Assembly (NCBI GenBank): GCA_002382045.1
Contig: DFZJ01000125.1
Span: 1-53,287 of the forward strand
From: Syntrophaceae bacterium UBA4059
GTDB taxonomy: Bacteria > Desulfobacterota > Syntrophia > Syntrophales > Smithellaceae
Direction: 5' to 3'
Length of the DNA: 53,287 bases
Positions 27,115-35,520 of this stretch are shown here, in pieces. How positions within the stretch are numbered: the first letter of the stretch is position 1; the number at the start of each line of letters is the position of its first letter. A model generated the notes under the pieces. It made no database searches. It was given only the letters and a program-made list of their open reading frames with translations, and was not told where the DNA came from. The position numbers and the translations under genes were made by a program.

Positions 27115-29205
27115 ATGTGCCATATAAGAGTGACGAACAACTCTGAGAATACATACCGTGACAAACAACTGCGCCATGCCCAAGCCCCCGTGACGACCGG
27201 CGGGTTCTGTTTCCTCCTGCCGCTTTTGCTGATCATGATTTTCCTGCTTCCCCTGACGGCGGCGGCTAATGACCTTGCCTGTAAACACCTGCCCATCCTG
27301 ATGGAAGCATTTCATGCCAAACATTATGCGATGAAAAGCACCACCACGGAAATCAGGGCGCAAGCAGTCGATCAAATGATCAAGCATCTTGATCCCTCAA
27401 AAACGCTGCTGTACGAATCCGACCTGGAGACGCTTAAACCGCTTCTGCTCGAGGTTTTCCTGAGCGCGGAAAAAGGCAATTGTGCCTCGCTCCAGCAAGT
27501 GTACAACCTGCTCGTCGTGCGGGCGCGGGAGAACGAAGCGATCGTCAAAGACATCCTGGGGCCAGCCTTCCGCCCTGACAAGAAGGTGGAACTGAACATC
27601 AACGTGGATAAACGCCCCTATCTGAAAACAAGGACGGACAAGCAGGGGACCCTGAAAAAGCTCGTGCAATTCCAAATAGAAAACTCACTGGTTGCCGGCA
27701 TTGACCTGGAAACAGCCAAAAAAAGACAGATCCACCGCTATGAGCTGCAGACGAAGCGGGTCGTCGAGCAAAATCCTTCCAAACTCATTTCGACGGCCGC
27801 CGAGGCTTTTGCGGGGGCACTGGATCCGCACACCAGCTACCTGTCGCCTAAAAACCTTGAGGACCTGCAGATTCAGATGAAGCTTTCTCTGGAGGGCATC
27901 GGGGCCATGCTCAGCAGCGAAACCGGCTTTACGGTTATCGAAGAATTGGTTCCGGGCGGGGGCGCCGAGAAAACCGGACTTTTGAAGCCGAAGGACAAAA
28001 TTATTGCCGTCGCTCAGCAAGGGGAAAAGCCTGTTGACGTCATCGATATGGATCTGCGCGACGTTGTCAGTATGATCCGAGGCAGGAAAGGCACAAGGGT
28101 CACGCTGACGATTTTACGGCAGGGGCAGCGCAAGGAGCGCTTTGACGTTACCATCATGCGCGACAAGATTGACGTGACGGAACAGGAAGCAAAGATCACC
28201 TACGAGATCAGGAAAGTCAACGGTAAACCATACCGTTTCGGTGTCATTGATCTCCCTTCATTCTACGGAGACGAGAAAGGCGACAAATCGAGTTATGAAG
28301 ATGTGAAAAGACTTCTCGCCGAGGCAAAGCGACAGCAGGTGGACGGCATGGTGCTGAACCTGTCGCGCAATGGCGGCGGGCTGCTCGAAGAGGCCGTGCG
28401 CCTTGCAGGCCTTTTTATCGGCAAGGGTGGAATCGTTGCCGTCAAGGACAGCCGGGGGCATGTGACGATTCTTGCCAATGGTTCGGCGGCGCCGGTGAAG
28501 GAATACGATAAGCGCAGTATTGTTGCGGTTCCTGCGGAGAATCCAAACGCGCTCTACATGGGGCCCCTCGTCGTGCTAACCAGCCGAATGAGTGCGTCAG
28601 CCAGCGAGATCGTGGCGGGCGCCCTGCAGGACTATGACCGTGCAGTGATTGTCGGGGCGGATCATACTTACGGCAAAGGTTCCGTACAGGCTTTGATGCC
28701 GCTGCCCTGGGACCTGGGCGCCATGAAAGTCACCACGGGGATGTACTTTCTGCCGGGCGGTAAATCGACACAGAAAATCGGTGTGGCAGCAGACGTCAGG
28801 ATGCCTGGCTGGTTTGTGTTCGAAGAAATCGGTGAGGCGGCGCTGGACTATCCGCTGCCGGCTCAGTCGATCGTACCCTTCCTCGGCACACGGGGAAAAG
28901 ATACGCCGCAATGGAAGACTGTGGACAAGGGATTGATTGCCAAACTTGTGCCGAGGTCTCAGGGAAGAATTGCAAAAGACGCCAAGTTTGCCAAAATTAT
29001 TAAAGAAAACCAAGAAGCCGCTGAGAAGAAGGGCATCATCCAGCTGGACGATTTCAGCAAGACGATGAAAAAAGAAGGTGTTGGAAAAGAGACGGAAACG
29101 CGTTCTGAACAAAAACAGAAAATACGCGAACAGTATGCGCCTTTTGTGAACGAGAGTGTCAACATCCTGTTTGATGTGGTAACACTGGGGGCCGCTGCGC
29201 GCTGA
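27115..29205 (+). CDS. prc: Tail-specific (C-terminal processing) protease, S41 family
   Basis: PDZ region SLEGIGAML...PGGGAEKTGLLKPKDKIIAV and S41 catalytic region LTSRMSASASEIVAGALQDY..GKGSVQ. ATG 27115 follows AAGGAG. N-terminal hydrophobic segment. Confidence 0.85.
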   Translation: MCHIRVTNNSENTYRDKQLRHAQAPVTTGGFCFLLPLLLIMIFLLPLTAAANDLACKHLPILMEAFHAKHYAMKSTTTEIRAQAVDQMIKHLDPSKTLLYESDLETLKPLLLEVFLSAEKGNCASLQQVYNLLVVRARENEAIVKDILGPAFRPDKKVELNINVDKRPYLKTRTDKQGTLKKLVQFQIENSLVAGIDLETAKKRQIHRYELQTKRVVEQNPSKLISTAAEAFAGALDPHTSYLSPKNLEDLQIQMKLSLEGIGAMLSSETGFTVIEELVPGGGAEKTGLLKPKDKIIAVAQQGEKPVDVIDMDLRDVVSMIRGRKGTRVTLTILRQGQRKERFDVTIMRDKIDVTEQEAKITYEIRKVNGKPYRFGVIDLPSFYGDEKGDKSSYEDVKRLLAEAKRQQVDGMVLNLSRNGGGLLEEAVRLAGLFIGKGGIVAVKDSRGHVTILANGSAAPVKEYDKRSIVAVPAENPNALYMGPLVVLTSRMSASASEIVAGALQDYDRAVIVGADHTYGKGSVQALMPLPWDLGAMKVTTGMYFLPGGKSTQKIGVAADVRMPGWFVFEEIGEAALDYPLPAQSIVPFLGTRGKDTPQWKTVDKGLIAKLVPRSQGRIAKDAKFAKIIKENQEAAEKKGIIQLDDFSKTMKKEGVGKETETRSEQKQKIREQYAPFVNESVNILFDVVTLGAAAR

Positions 29206-29260
29206 CACTTGGATTTGAATAACCAAGGGGCGTTTTCCTTTGAGAAATAAAATTTATGTT

Positions 29261-30109
29261 TTATTTTCCTTCCAAAAAGAATTCATTGGCCAGATCAATT
29301 TCAATCATGGCCTGTGAAATCCAGCTATCGCTCTTGAGCATAAGAGGTTTGAGTGTTTTTTCGATATGACTTTCAAAAACATAATCATCCGGATTGATTT
29401 GATACTTGGAGTTGGCCAGGGCATCAGCCAGCATAAGGGATTCAATCATGCCCGTTGATTCGGATGATGATAGATAATAATGATGACCGGCAATGGCTTG
29501 TATGATGGGTTCGGGAAGTTGCCATTTTCTGGCCAGATAGGCGCCGACCTGCACATGATCCATGGACGCCACTTCCTGCTCGGCGTCGGCAAAACTGCAT
29601 TTTGTCTTTTGCATGGTCTTCCAGACTTTACCGAAATCTTCTTTAAAGTACTTTAACATGATAATTTTACCGATGTCGTGCAAAAGACCGGCTATGAAAG
29701 CATCCTCCGGAGTCACCAGACGGCTTCTTTCCGCCAGTTGCTTGCTGAGAACGGCAACGCTCACCGCATGACGCCAGAACTCTGTAATGTCAAAGTTTTC
29801 GTATCGATCTTTAAAAGTAAATGTATCGAGGATGGCGACGGAAACGACGGCATTTTTTACGGCATTAAACCCCAAAATCATGACGGCATGAGCAATTGAG
29901 CTGCTTTCTTGCCGAACGCCATAAAATGCGGAATTGACCAGGTGCAAAATTCTGGATGACATGGCTGGGTCCAGTTCGATAATATGGGCCACTTTTTCAA
30001 TCGATGCCTGATTGTCTTTGAGCAGTTGATTAAGCTTGAAATAAACGCTGGGCAGTGTCGGTAAATCCTTAATCTTCTCAAGCGTCATCCAAATGGTCTT
30101 ATTATCCAT
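29261..30109 (-). CDS. HDOD domain-containing signalling protein
   Basis: LPTLPSVYFKLNQLLKDNQASIEKVAHIIELDPAMSSRILHLVNSAFYG and LLHDIGKIIM are typical HDOD motifs. Confidence 0.8.
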   Translation of the reverse strand: MDNKTIWMTLEKIKDLPTLPSVYFKLNQLLKDNQASIEKVAHIIELDPAMSSRILHLVNSAFYGVRQESSSIAHAVMILGFNAVKNAVVSVAILDTFTFKDRYENFDITEFWRHAVSVAVLSKQLAERSRLVTPEDAFIAGLLHDIGKIIMLKYFKEDFGKVWKTMQKTKCSFADAEQEVASMDHVQVGAYLARKWQLPEPIIQAIAGHHYYLSSSESTGMIESLMLADALANSKYQINPDDYVFESHIEKTLKPLMLKSDSWISQAMIEIDLANEFFLEGK

Positions 30110-30288
30110 GCAGATCCTCCTGATAGGTTATTCTTATAAGTTTAGGACTGATAAAAATATTTACAACAACTTAAACGTATTATAAGCCATAAATGCTGAA
30201 AATTGAAAATAATTTATAAGGGTATAACATATTTATTAATAATGTGTTGCCACAAGGTCCAATAGGTGATACGAAGATTTCGTCAGTG

Positions 30289-30327
30289 AACCACAGGGGG
30301 GTCACCATACCCTGTGGTTTTTTTATT
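30289..30327 (+). terminator. Intrinsic terminator-like hairpin inside the ybiT 5' leader
   Basis: AACCACAGGG (30289-30298) pairs with CCCTGTGGTT (30310-30319), 11-nt loop, then T7. It ends 25 nt before ATG 30352. The only upstream gene is divergent. Confidence 0.6.
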
Positions 30328-30351
30328 CTATACGAGGAGCATCATACAAGC

Positions 30352-31956
30352 ATGATTCAAGCAGTCAATATCACTCTGGCCTATGGCAAGAGAATACTAT
30401 TCAAAGATGTTAATATTAAATTTACCCCCGGTAACTGTTATGGACTGATCGGCGCCAACGGATCGGGGAAGTCCACCTTCCTGAAAATTCTGGCCGGTGA
30501 ACTGGAGGCGGACAAGGGGGAAATCATCGTCGGCCGTCGGGAACGCATAGCGGTTTTGCGCCAGGATCAGTTTGCCTTCGACGAGGAAATCGTTTTCAAT
30601 ACGGTCATCATGGGACACAAACGTCTGTATAAGATCATGATGAAGCGCGAAGCCATGTATGCCAAGTCGGAATTTACCGAAGAAGACGGTGTGCGTTCGG
30701 CTGAACTGGAGGCGGATTTTGCTGAAATGAATGGTTATGAAGCGGAATCCGAAGCCGCCGTGCTTTTAAACGGACTGGGCATATCCGAAGACCTGCGGAC
30801 GAAGAAGATGAAGGATTTAGAGGCGGGCGACAAGGTCCGCGTGCTGCTGGCTCAGGCTCTGTTTGGCAATCCCGATATCCTGCTCCTGGACGAACCGACC
30901 AACAATCTCGACCGGAAATCCATTAAATGGCTGGAAGAGTTTCTGTGCCGGTTTTCCAATACGGTCATCGTGGTGTCCCATGACCGTCACTTTCTGAATC
31001 AGGTCTGCACGCATACCGCTGATATCGATTTCGGGCGGATTCAGATTTATGTGGGCAATTATGATTTCTGGCACCGTGCCAGCCAGTTACACTTAAAGCA
31101 GAAGCAAGCCGATAACCGCAAACTATCCGAAAAAGCGGATGAACTGAAAGCTTTTATCCGGCGCTTCAGTGCCAATGCCTCCAAGTCCAGGCAGGCCACG
31201 TCGCGCAAGAAGCTGCTTGATAAATTGACTCTGGAGGATATGCCGACGTCATCCCGAAAATATCCGTATGTGGTGTTCAAGCCCGAGCGTGCCTGCGGCG
31301 ACATCATCCTGTCCATTACCGGATTAACCAAAACAATTGATGGCGTTAAAGTCCTGGATAATTTTGACCTGAATGTGCGCAAAGGCAACAAAATCGCTTT
31401 TGTCGGAGACAATGCTCTGGCGCGAACAACCCTTTTTCAGATTTTGGCAGGTGAAATGGAACCCGACAGCGGCAGTTACCGCTGGGGTGTAACCATCACT
31501 AATGCCTACTTCCCCCAGGAGAATAGCGGATTCTTCGAAAGGGAAATGACGCTGATTGAATGGCTGAGCCAGTATTCACCGCCTTCGGATGGCGACGCTT
31601 TTGCCCGCGGTTTTCTGGGACGAATGCTTTTTTCCGGCGAAGAGGCCCTGAAAAATATTGTCGTTCTCTCCGGCGGCGAAAGAGTGCGCTGCATGCTTTC
31701 CCGCATGATGCTGACCGGGGCCAATGTTCTTATCCTGGATGAACCGACAAACCATCTGGACTTGGAATCAATCACCGCCTTAAACGACGGGCTTATCGCA
31801 TTTTCCGAGGTGGTTTTGTTTGCTTCGCATGATCAGGAATTTGTTTCAACCGTTGCCAACAGGATTATCGACATCTCAGAAGGTTGCGCCATTGAACGCA
31901 ATCTGGATGATGAAGAGGATCCGGACATAGAAGACGATGTTGCGGAAGCGGTTTGA
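30352..31956 (+). CDS. ybiT: ABC-F family ATPase (YbiT-like)
   Basis: Two ABC cassettes (GANGSGKST / LLLDEPTNNLD; second with LSGGERVR, LILDEPTNHLD) with no TM domain. The N-terminus MIQAVNITLAYGKRILFKDVNIKFTPGNCYGLIGANGSGKSTF resembles E. coli YbiT (from memory). GAGGAG lies upstream of ATG 30352. Confidence 0.8.
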   Translation: MIQAVNITLAYGKRILFKDVNIKFTPGNCYGLIGANGSGKSTFLKILAGELEADKGEIIVGRRERIAVLRQDQFAFDEEIVFNTVIMGHKRLYKIMMKREAMYAKSEFTEEDGVRSAELEADFAEMNGYEAESEAAVLLNGLGISEDLRTKKMKDLEAGDKVRVLLAQALFGNPDILLLDEPTNNLDRKSIKWLEEFLCRFSNTVIVVSHDRHFLNQVCTHTADIDFGRIQIYVGNYDFWHRASQLHLKQKQADNRKLSEKADELKAFIRRFSANASKSRQATSRKKLLDKLTLEDMPTSSRKYPYVVFKPERACGDIILSITGLTKTIDGVKVLDNFDLNVRKGNKIAFVGDNALARTTLFQILAGEMEPDSGSYRWGVTITNAYFPQENSGFFEREMTLIEWLSQYSPPSDGDAFARGFLGRMLFSGEEALKNIVVLSGGERVRCMLSRMMLTGANVLILDEPTNHLDLESITALNDGLIAFSEVVLFASHDQEFVSTVANRIIDISEGCAIERNLDDEEDPDIEDDVAEAV

Positions 31957-31982
31957 ATCGCACTTCCGGCATAGTGATATAA

Positions 31983-32024
31983 AAACCCGTTGATTTACGC
32001 TTGAGGCGTAAATTCAACGGGTTT
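31983..32024. terminator. Bidirectional terminator between convergent ybiT and the biotinyl-protein gene
   Basis: 18-bp stem AAACCCGTTGATTTACGC / GCGTAAATTCAACGGGTTT (one bulge), loop TTGAG. An A5 run lies on the left (T5 on the minus strand) and a T-rich run on the right. Confidence 0.7.
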
Positions 32025-32051
32025 GTTGATTAAAAATAAATAGGGTAAGCG

Positions 32052-32267
32052 CTATTCGAGAGTGACCAGTAACTGACCCTCCGTGACGCTATCACCGGCC
32101 TTGACCAGGATCTCCTTAATGGTTCCCGCGCCCGGCGCATAAACGGGAATTTCCATTTTCATCGCGTCCATGATGATCACTTCTTCTTCTTCCTGGACCT
32201 GACTGCCGACACTGACCGTAATGCTCGCAATTTTCCCCGGCATGGGGGCTTTAATTTCCATACTCAT
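32052..32267 (-). CDS. Stand-alone biotinyl/lipoyl attachment domain protein (BCCP-like, 71 aa)
   Basis: MDAMKMEIPVYAP contains the AMKM biotinylation motif. GDSVTEGQLLVTLE is a typical C-terminus. Confidence 0.75.
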   Translation of the reverse strand: MSMEIKAPMPGKIASITVSVGSQVQEEEEVIIMDAMKMEIPVYAPGAGTIKEILVKAGDSVTEGQLLVTLE

Positions 32268-32432
32268 CGTTCTTTTCCGTACCTTTCTTTATCTTTATTT
32301 TATTGATATCTTTCATAAAATCATCAGACCGAATCATAATGGAGACGGATCATCCGGCGGAGATATTTACCGTAAATGCAAGGATAGGTCAATATAATTA
32401 TCCAAAGATTTGAGAGGCAGGAATCCTGCTTA

Positions 32433-33662
32433 TTATTCATGACGGAGGGCGTCAATGGGATTCATCAAGGATGCTTTGTAGGCGGGATAGAAACCGAAAA
32501 AAATACCGACGAGCCCCGAAAAACCAAAAGACAGCACAATGGAATAAGTTGAGATGAGTATGGTCCATCCGGCAAAGAAAGACAGCAGTTCCGCCGCGAG
32601 AATTCCCAACAAGACACCGATCAGGCCGCCGATGAGTGACAGAATCAGCGCCTCAATAATGAACTGAGTGCGAATATCCCAGGATTTGGCGCCGACCGCC
32701 ATGCGGATGCCGATTTCACGTGTTCTTTCCGTAACGGATACCAGCATGATATTCATGATGCCGATACCGCCAACCAGGAGTGAGACGCCGGCTATGGCAG
32801 CCAACAGCAGCGCCATGACCCGTGAAGCCTGTTCCGCCATCTGCATCATTTGCGTCAGGTTGCGGACGGTAAAATCATCTTCCTGAGTCGGACTGAGACG
32901 ATGTCTTTGCCGTAAGAGTTCCTTAATCTGTGTTTCAGCTCTGTTCAATTCCTCAGTACTTTTTGCCTTCACCATGATGGATCGCACCGTTCCCGGGAAC
33001 GTTCTGCCGAAGAGGTTTCTTTGTGCGACGGTTACCGGCACATAAATAACGTCGTCCTGATCCTGTCCCATCATGGACTGGCCTTTCGATTCCAGAACGC
33101 CGATGACGGTGAAAGGAACTTTTTTGATTCGGATGGCTTTATGGATCGGGTCATCATTGCCAAAGAGATTATCCACAATGGTTTGACCCAAAATGCAGAC
33201 CTTGGCGGCGCTGCGAATTTCCTGATCATTAAAATTTCTTCCGGCGGCCAGTGTCCAGTCCCGCACCACCACCATGCTTTCATCCGTCCCGTAAACACCG
33301 GTTGCCCAGTTTTGGTTGCCGTAAACAATCTGTGCGCCGCCGTTTAAGACAGGAGTGGTTGTTGACACGGAGGAACACTCGTTTTTAATGGCATCGGCGT
33401 CGGCGCGGGTCAGATTCTGGATGGCGCCGCTACCCAGACGAATGCCGCCCGTGGTTGTAGAACCGGGGAGAACAATAATCAGGTTGCTGCCGACCGTGGC
33501 GATCTGTTCGGATATTTTATTGCTGGCGCCACGGCCTACCGCCAGCATGGTGATAACGGCGGCAACGCCGATGATGATGCCCAACATGGTTAAAGCGGAG
33601 CGCATCTTGTTGACGCGCAAGGCGCGCAGCGATATTTTGACGGTGGAAGGAATATTGATCAT
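32433..33662 (-). CDS. MacB-type ABC transporter permease (FtsX fold with periplasmic domain)
   Basis: 409 aa. N-terminal TM, a large periplasmic domain, three C-terminal TMs. C-terminal YPAYKASLMNPIDALRHE motif. Confidence 0.85.
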   Translation of the reverse strand: MINIPSTVKISLRALRVNKMRSALTMLGIIIGVAAVITMLAVGRGASNKISEQIATVGSNLIIVLPGSTTTGGIRLGSGAIQNLTRADADAIKNECSSVSTTTPVLNGGAQIVYGNQNWATGVYGTDESMVVVRDWTLAAGRNFNDQEIRSAAKVCILGQTIVDNLFGNDDPIHKAIRIKKVPFTVIGVLESKGQSMMGQDQDDVIYVPVTVAQRNLFGRTFPGTVRSIMVKAKSTEELNRAETQIKELLRQRHRLSPTQEDDFTVRNLTQMMQMAEQASRVMALLLAAIAGVSLLVGGIGIMNIMLVSVTERTREIGIRMAVGAKSWDIRTQFIIEALILSLIGGLIGVLLGILAAELLSFFAGWTILISTYSIVLSFGFSGLVGIFFGFYPAYKASLMNPIDALRHE

Positions 33663-34348
33663 GGCCTGTTTTCCTTATCGCTGACAATTTTCCCATCAAG
33701 AAAACGAATGATTCGCTTACTGAAAGCTGAGATGTCCGGTTCGTGCGTTACCAGAACAATGGTGATCTTTTTTTCTTCGTTAAGCCGGACAAACAGCTCC
33801 ATGATCTCGATGCTGGTTTTGGTATCCAGATTACCCGTGGGTTCATCGGCCAGTAAAAGAGGTGCGTTGTTGACCAGAGCGCGGGCAATGGCTACACGCT
33901 GCTGTTGTCCGCCCGAAAGCTGGTTGGGATGGTGATGCTGCCGTTCTTCCAGCCCCAGGAGTTTAAGCGCATCCCTGGCTTTATCTTTGCGGTCTTTCGG
34001 AATGCTTTTGCTGTAGAGCAGGGGCACTTCCACGTTTTCCAGCGCGGTTGTGCGGGAAAGAAGATTAAAGCCCTGAAAAACAAAACCGATTTTATCATTG
34101 CGAATTTCCGCAAGCGCATCGCGGCCCATTTGGCTGACGTCGATGCCGTCGAGCAGATACCGGCCGGCGGTCGGCTCATCCAGGCAACCGATAACGTTCA
34201 TAAATGTGGATTTGCCGGAGCCGGAAGGTCCCATCACCGCGACAAATTCTCCTGAAGAAATCTGAAGAGAGACTTTGTCCAGCGCGTGAACAATGCTGTC
34301 GCCGACTTCGTATTTTTTTTCCAGTTGATCCGTTTCAATTAATGCCAT
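33659..34348 (-). CDS. ABC transporter ATP-binding protein (MacB/LolD-type)
   Basis: GPSGSGKST, LSGGQQQRVAIARAL, LLLADEPTGNLD. 4-nt overlap with the permease gene. Confidence 0.9.
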   Translation of the reverse strand: MALIETDQLEKKYEVGDSIVHALDKVSLQISSGEFVAVMGPSGSGKSTFMNVIGCLDEPTAGRYLLDGIDVSQMGRDALAEIRNDKIGFVFQGFNLLSRTTALENVEVPLLYSKSIPKDRKDKARDALKLLGLEERQHHHPNQLSGGQQQRVAIARALVNNAPLLLADEPTGNLDTKTSIEIMELFVRLNEEKKITIVLVTHEPDISAFSKRIIRFLDGKIVSDKENRP

Positions 34349-34353
34349 TTTAC

Positions 34354-35520
34354 TTAAAACCTCGGACCGGGAGGCCGGACGGTTTGCGCGTTTGCCGTCT
34401 TGTTATTGTCTTTTACTTCCACAATTATCGCGGCGCCTTCGGCAATATTTCCGGATAGAACTTCCGTAAAACGGTTATCGCTGATGCCGACCGTCAAAGG
34501 GACACGTTGCGGTATTTTATCAACCAGTATCCAGACGCCGGGGCCTTTGGGCGCTTTCGCGGTAAGCTCCTTGTCCGATATCTTTACTCTCAGCGCTGCG
34601 TTGGGAACGCGTAAGATACCTTTTTTGTCGTTAATGATAATTGACACGTTAGCCGTCATGCCGGGTTTAAGTTTCAGATCAGGGTTATCCACCTGAACGA
34701 TCACCGTGTAGGTGACCACGTTTTGGACTGTGGTCGGCGCGTTGCGAATGACCGAAACGTTTCCTTTGAATGTCAGGTCCGGATAGGCATCCACGGTAAA
34801 AGTCACCGGCTGATTTGTTTTGATACTGCCGATATCGGCTTCATCAACACTGGTTTCAATCTGCATTTTTGTCAAATCCTGCGCAATGTTGAAAAGCGTT
34901 GGCGTCTGAAAGCTGGCCGCCACAGTTTGTCCCACATCAATGCTGCGTGAAATGACCGTGCCGTTGACCGGGGAAAGAATTTGTGTGTAGCGGAGATTGG
35001 TGTTTGCTAAATTTAAAGCGGCTTGGGCCTGTTGAACCTGGGCCTCGGATGCTTTAATCTGGGCCAGTGCCGAAAGATAGTTCGTTTCGGAAGTATCCAG
35101 ATCACTCTTGGAAATAAAATTTTTCGCGAACAGAATTTTGTTTCTTTCAAAAGTCGTGATGGTATCCCGCACGGCAACTCTTGATTTTTCCAGATTGGCC
35201 CGTGCGAGGGATAGATTGGCGGAAGCCTGGGCTACCTGCGCATCAAACGAGGCCGGATCAATTTGGGCCAGCAACTGCCCTTTCCTGACGGTTGAGTTGT
35301 AATCAACAAAAAGCTGTTTAATCGTGCCGGATACCTGTGTGCCGACAAGAACGGTGGTGACGGCGTTGACGGTTCCCGTGGCGGAAACGGCGGCGCGGAT
35401 GTCGCCCCGATCCGCCGTCTGAGTTGCATATTGAGGGGCTTTATCGCTTTTTTTTAAGAAGGCAACCACACCGATGAGGATAATAATCAGTAGGACAACT
35501 GCGATAATTATTTTTTTCAT
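34354..35520 (-). CDS. Periplasmic adaptor subunit (HlyD/MacA family)
   Basis: N-terminal TM, a coiled-coil hairpin rich in A/Q (AQVAQASANLSLARANLEKSR...), and lipoyl and beta-barrel regions. Confidence 0.85.
   Translation of the reverse strand: MKKIIIAVVLLIIILIGVVAFLKKSDKAPQYATQTADRGDIRAAVSATGTVNAVTTVLVGTQVSGTIKQLFVDYNSTVRKGQLLAQIDPASFDAQVAQASANLSLARANLEKSRVAVRDTITTFERNKILFAKNFISKSDLDTSETNYLSALAQIKASEAQVQQAQAALNLANTNLRYTQILSPVNGTVISRSIDVGQTVAASFQTPTLFNIAQDLTKMQIETSVDEADIGSIKTNQPVTFTVDAYPDLTFKGNVSVIRNAPTTVQNVVTYTVIVQVDNPDLKLKPGMTANVSIIINDKKGILRVPNAALRVKISDKELTAKAPKGPGVWILVDKIPQRVPLTVGISDNRFTEVLSGNIAEGAAIIVEVKDNNKTANAQTVRPPGPRF

Noticed and set aside
29210-29219. 10-nt match (TGGATTTGAA, reverse complement TTCAAATCCA) to the T-arm of tRNA-Pro, as a possible island attachment-site repeat
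   Set aside because: It is in inverted rather than direct orientation, only 10 nt long, and covers the generic T-loop sequence. That is not adequate evidence for an att site.
27372-29226. Several long minus-strand ORFs inside the prc-like gene (e.g. 28597-29226 at 209 aa, 27685-28020 at 111 aa)
   Set aside because: They are shadow ORFs typical of a GC3-rich gene. I used them only as an indirect hint that prc has a different composition from its neighbours.
30242-30265. Mini-ORF MCCHKVQ* as the leader peptide of the ybiT attenuator
   Set aside because: No Shine-Dalgarno lies upstream and there is no obvious stalling motif. I mention it under the finding but do not support it as a feature.
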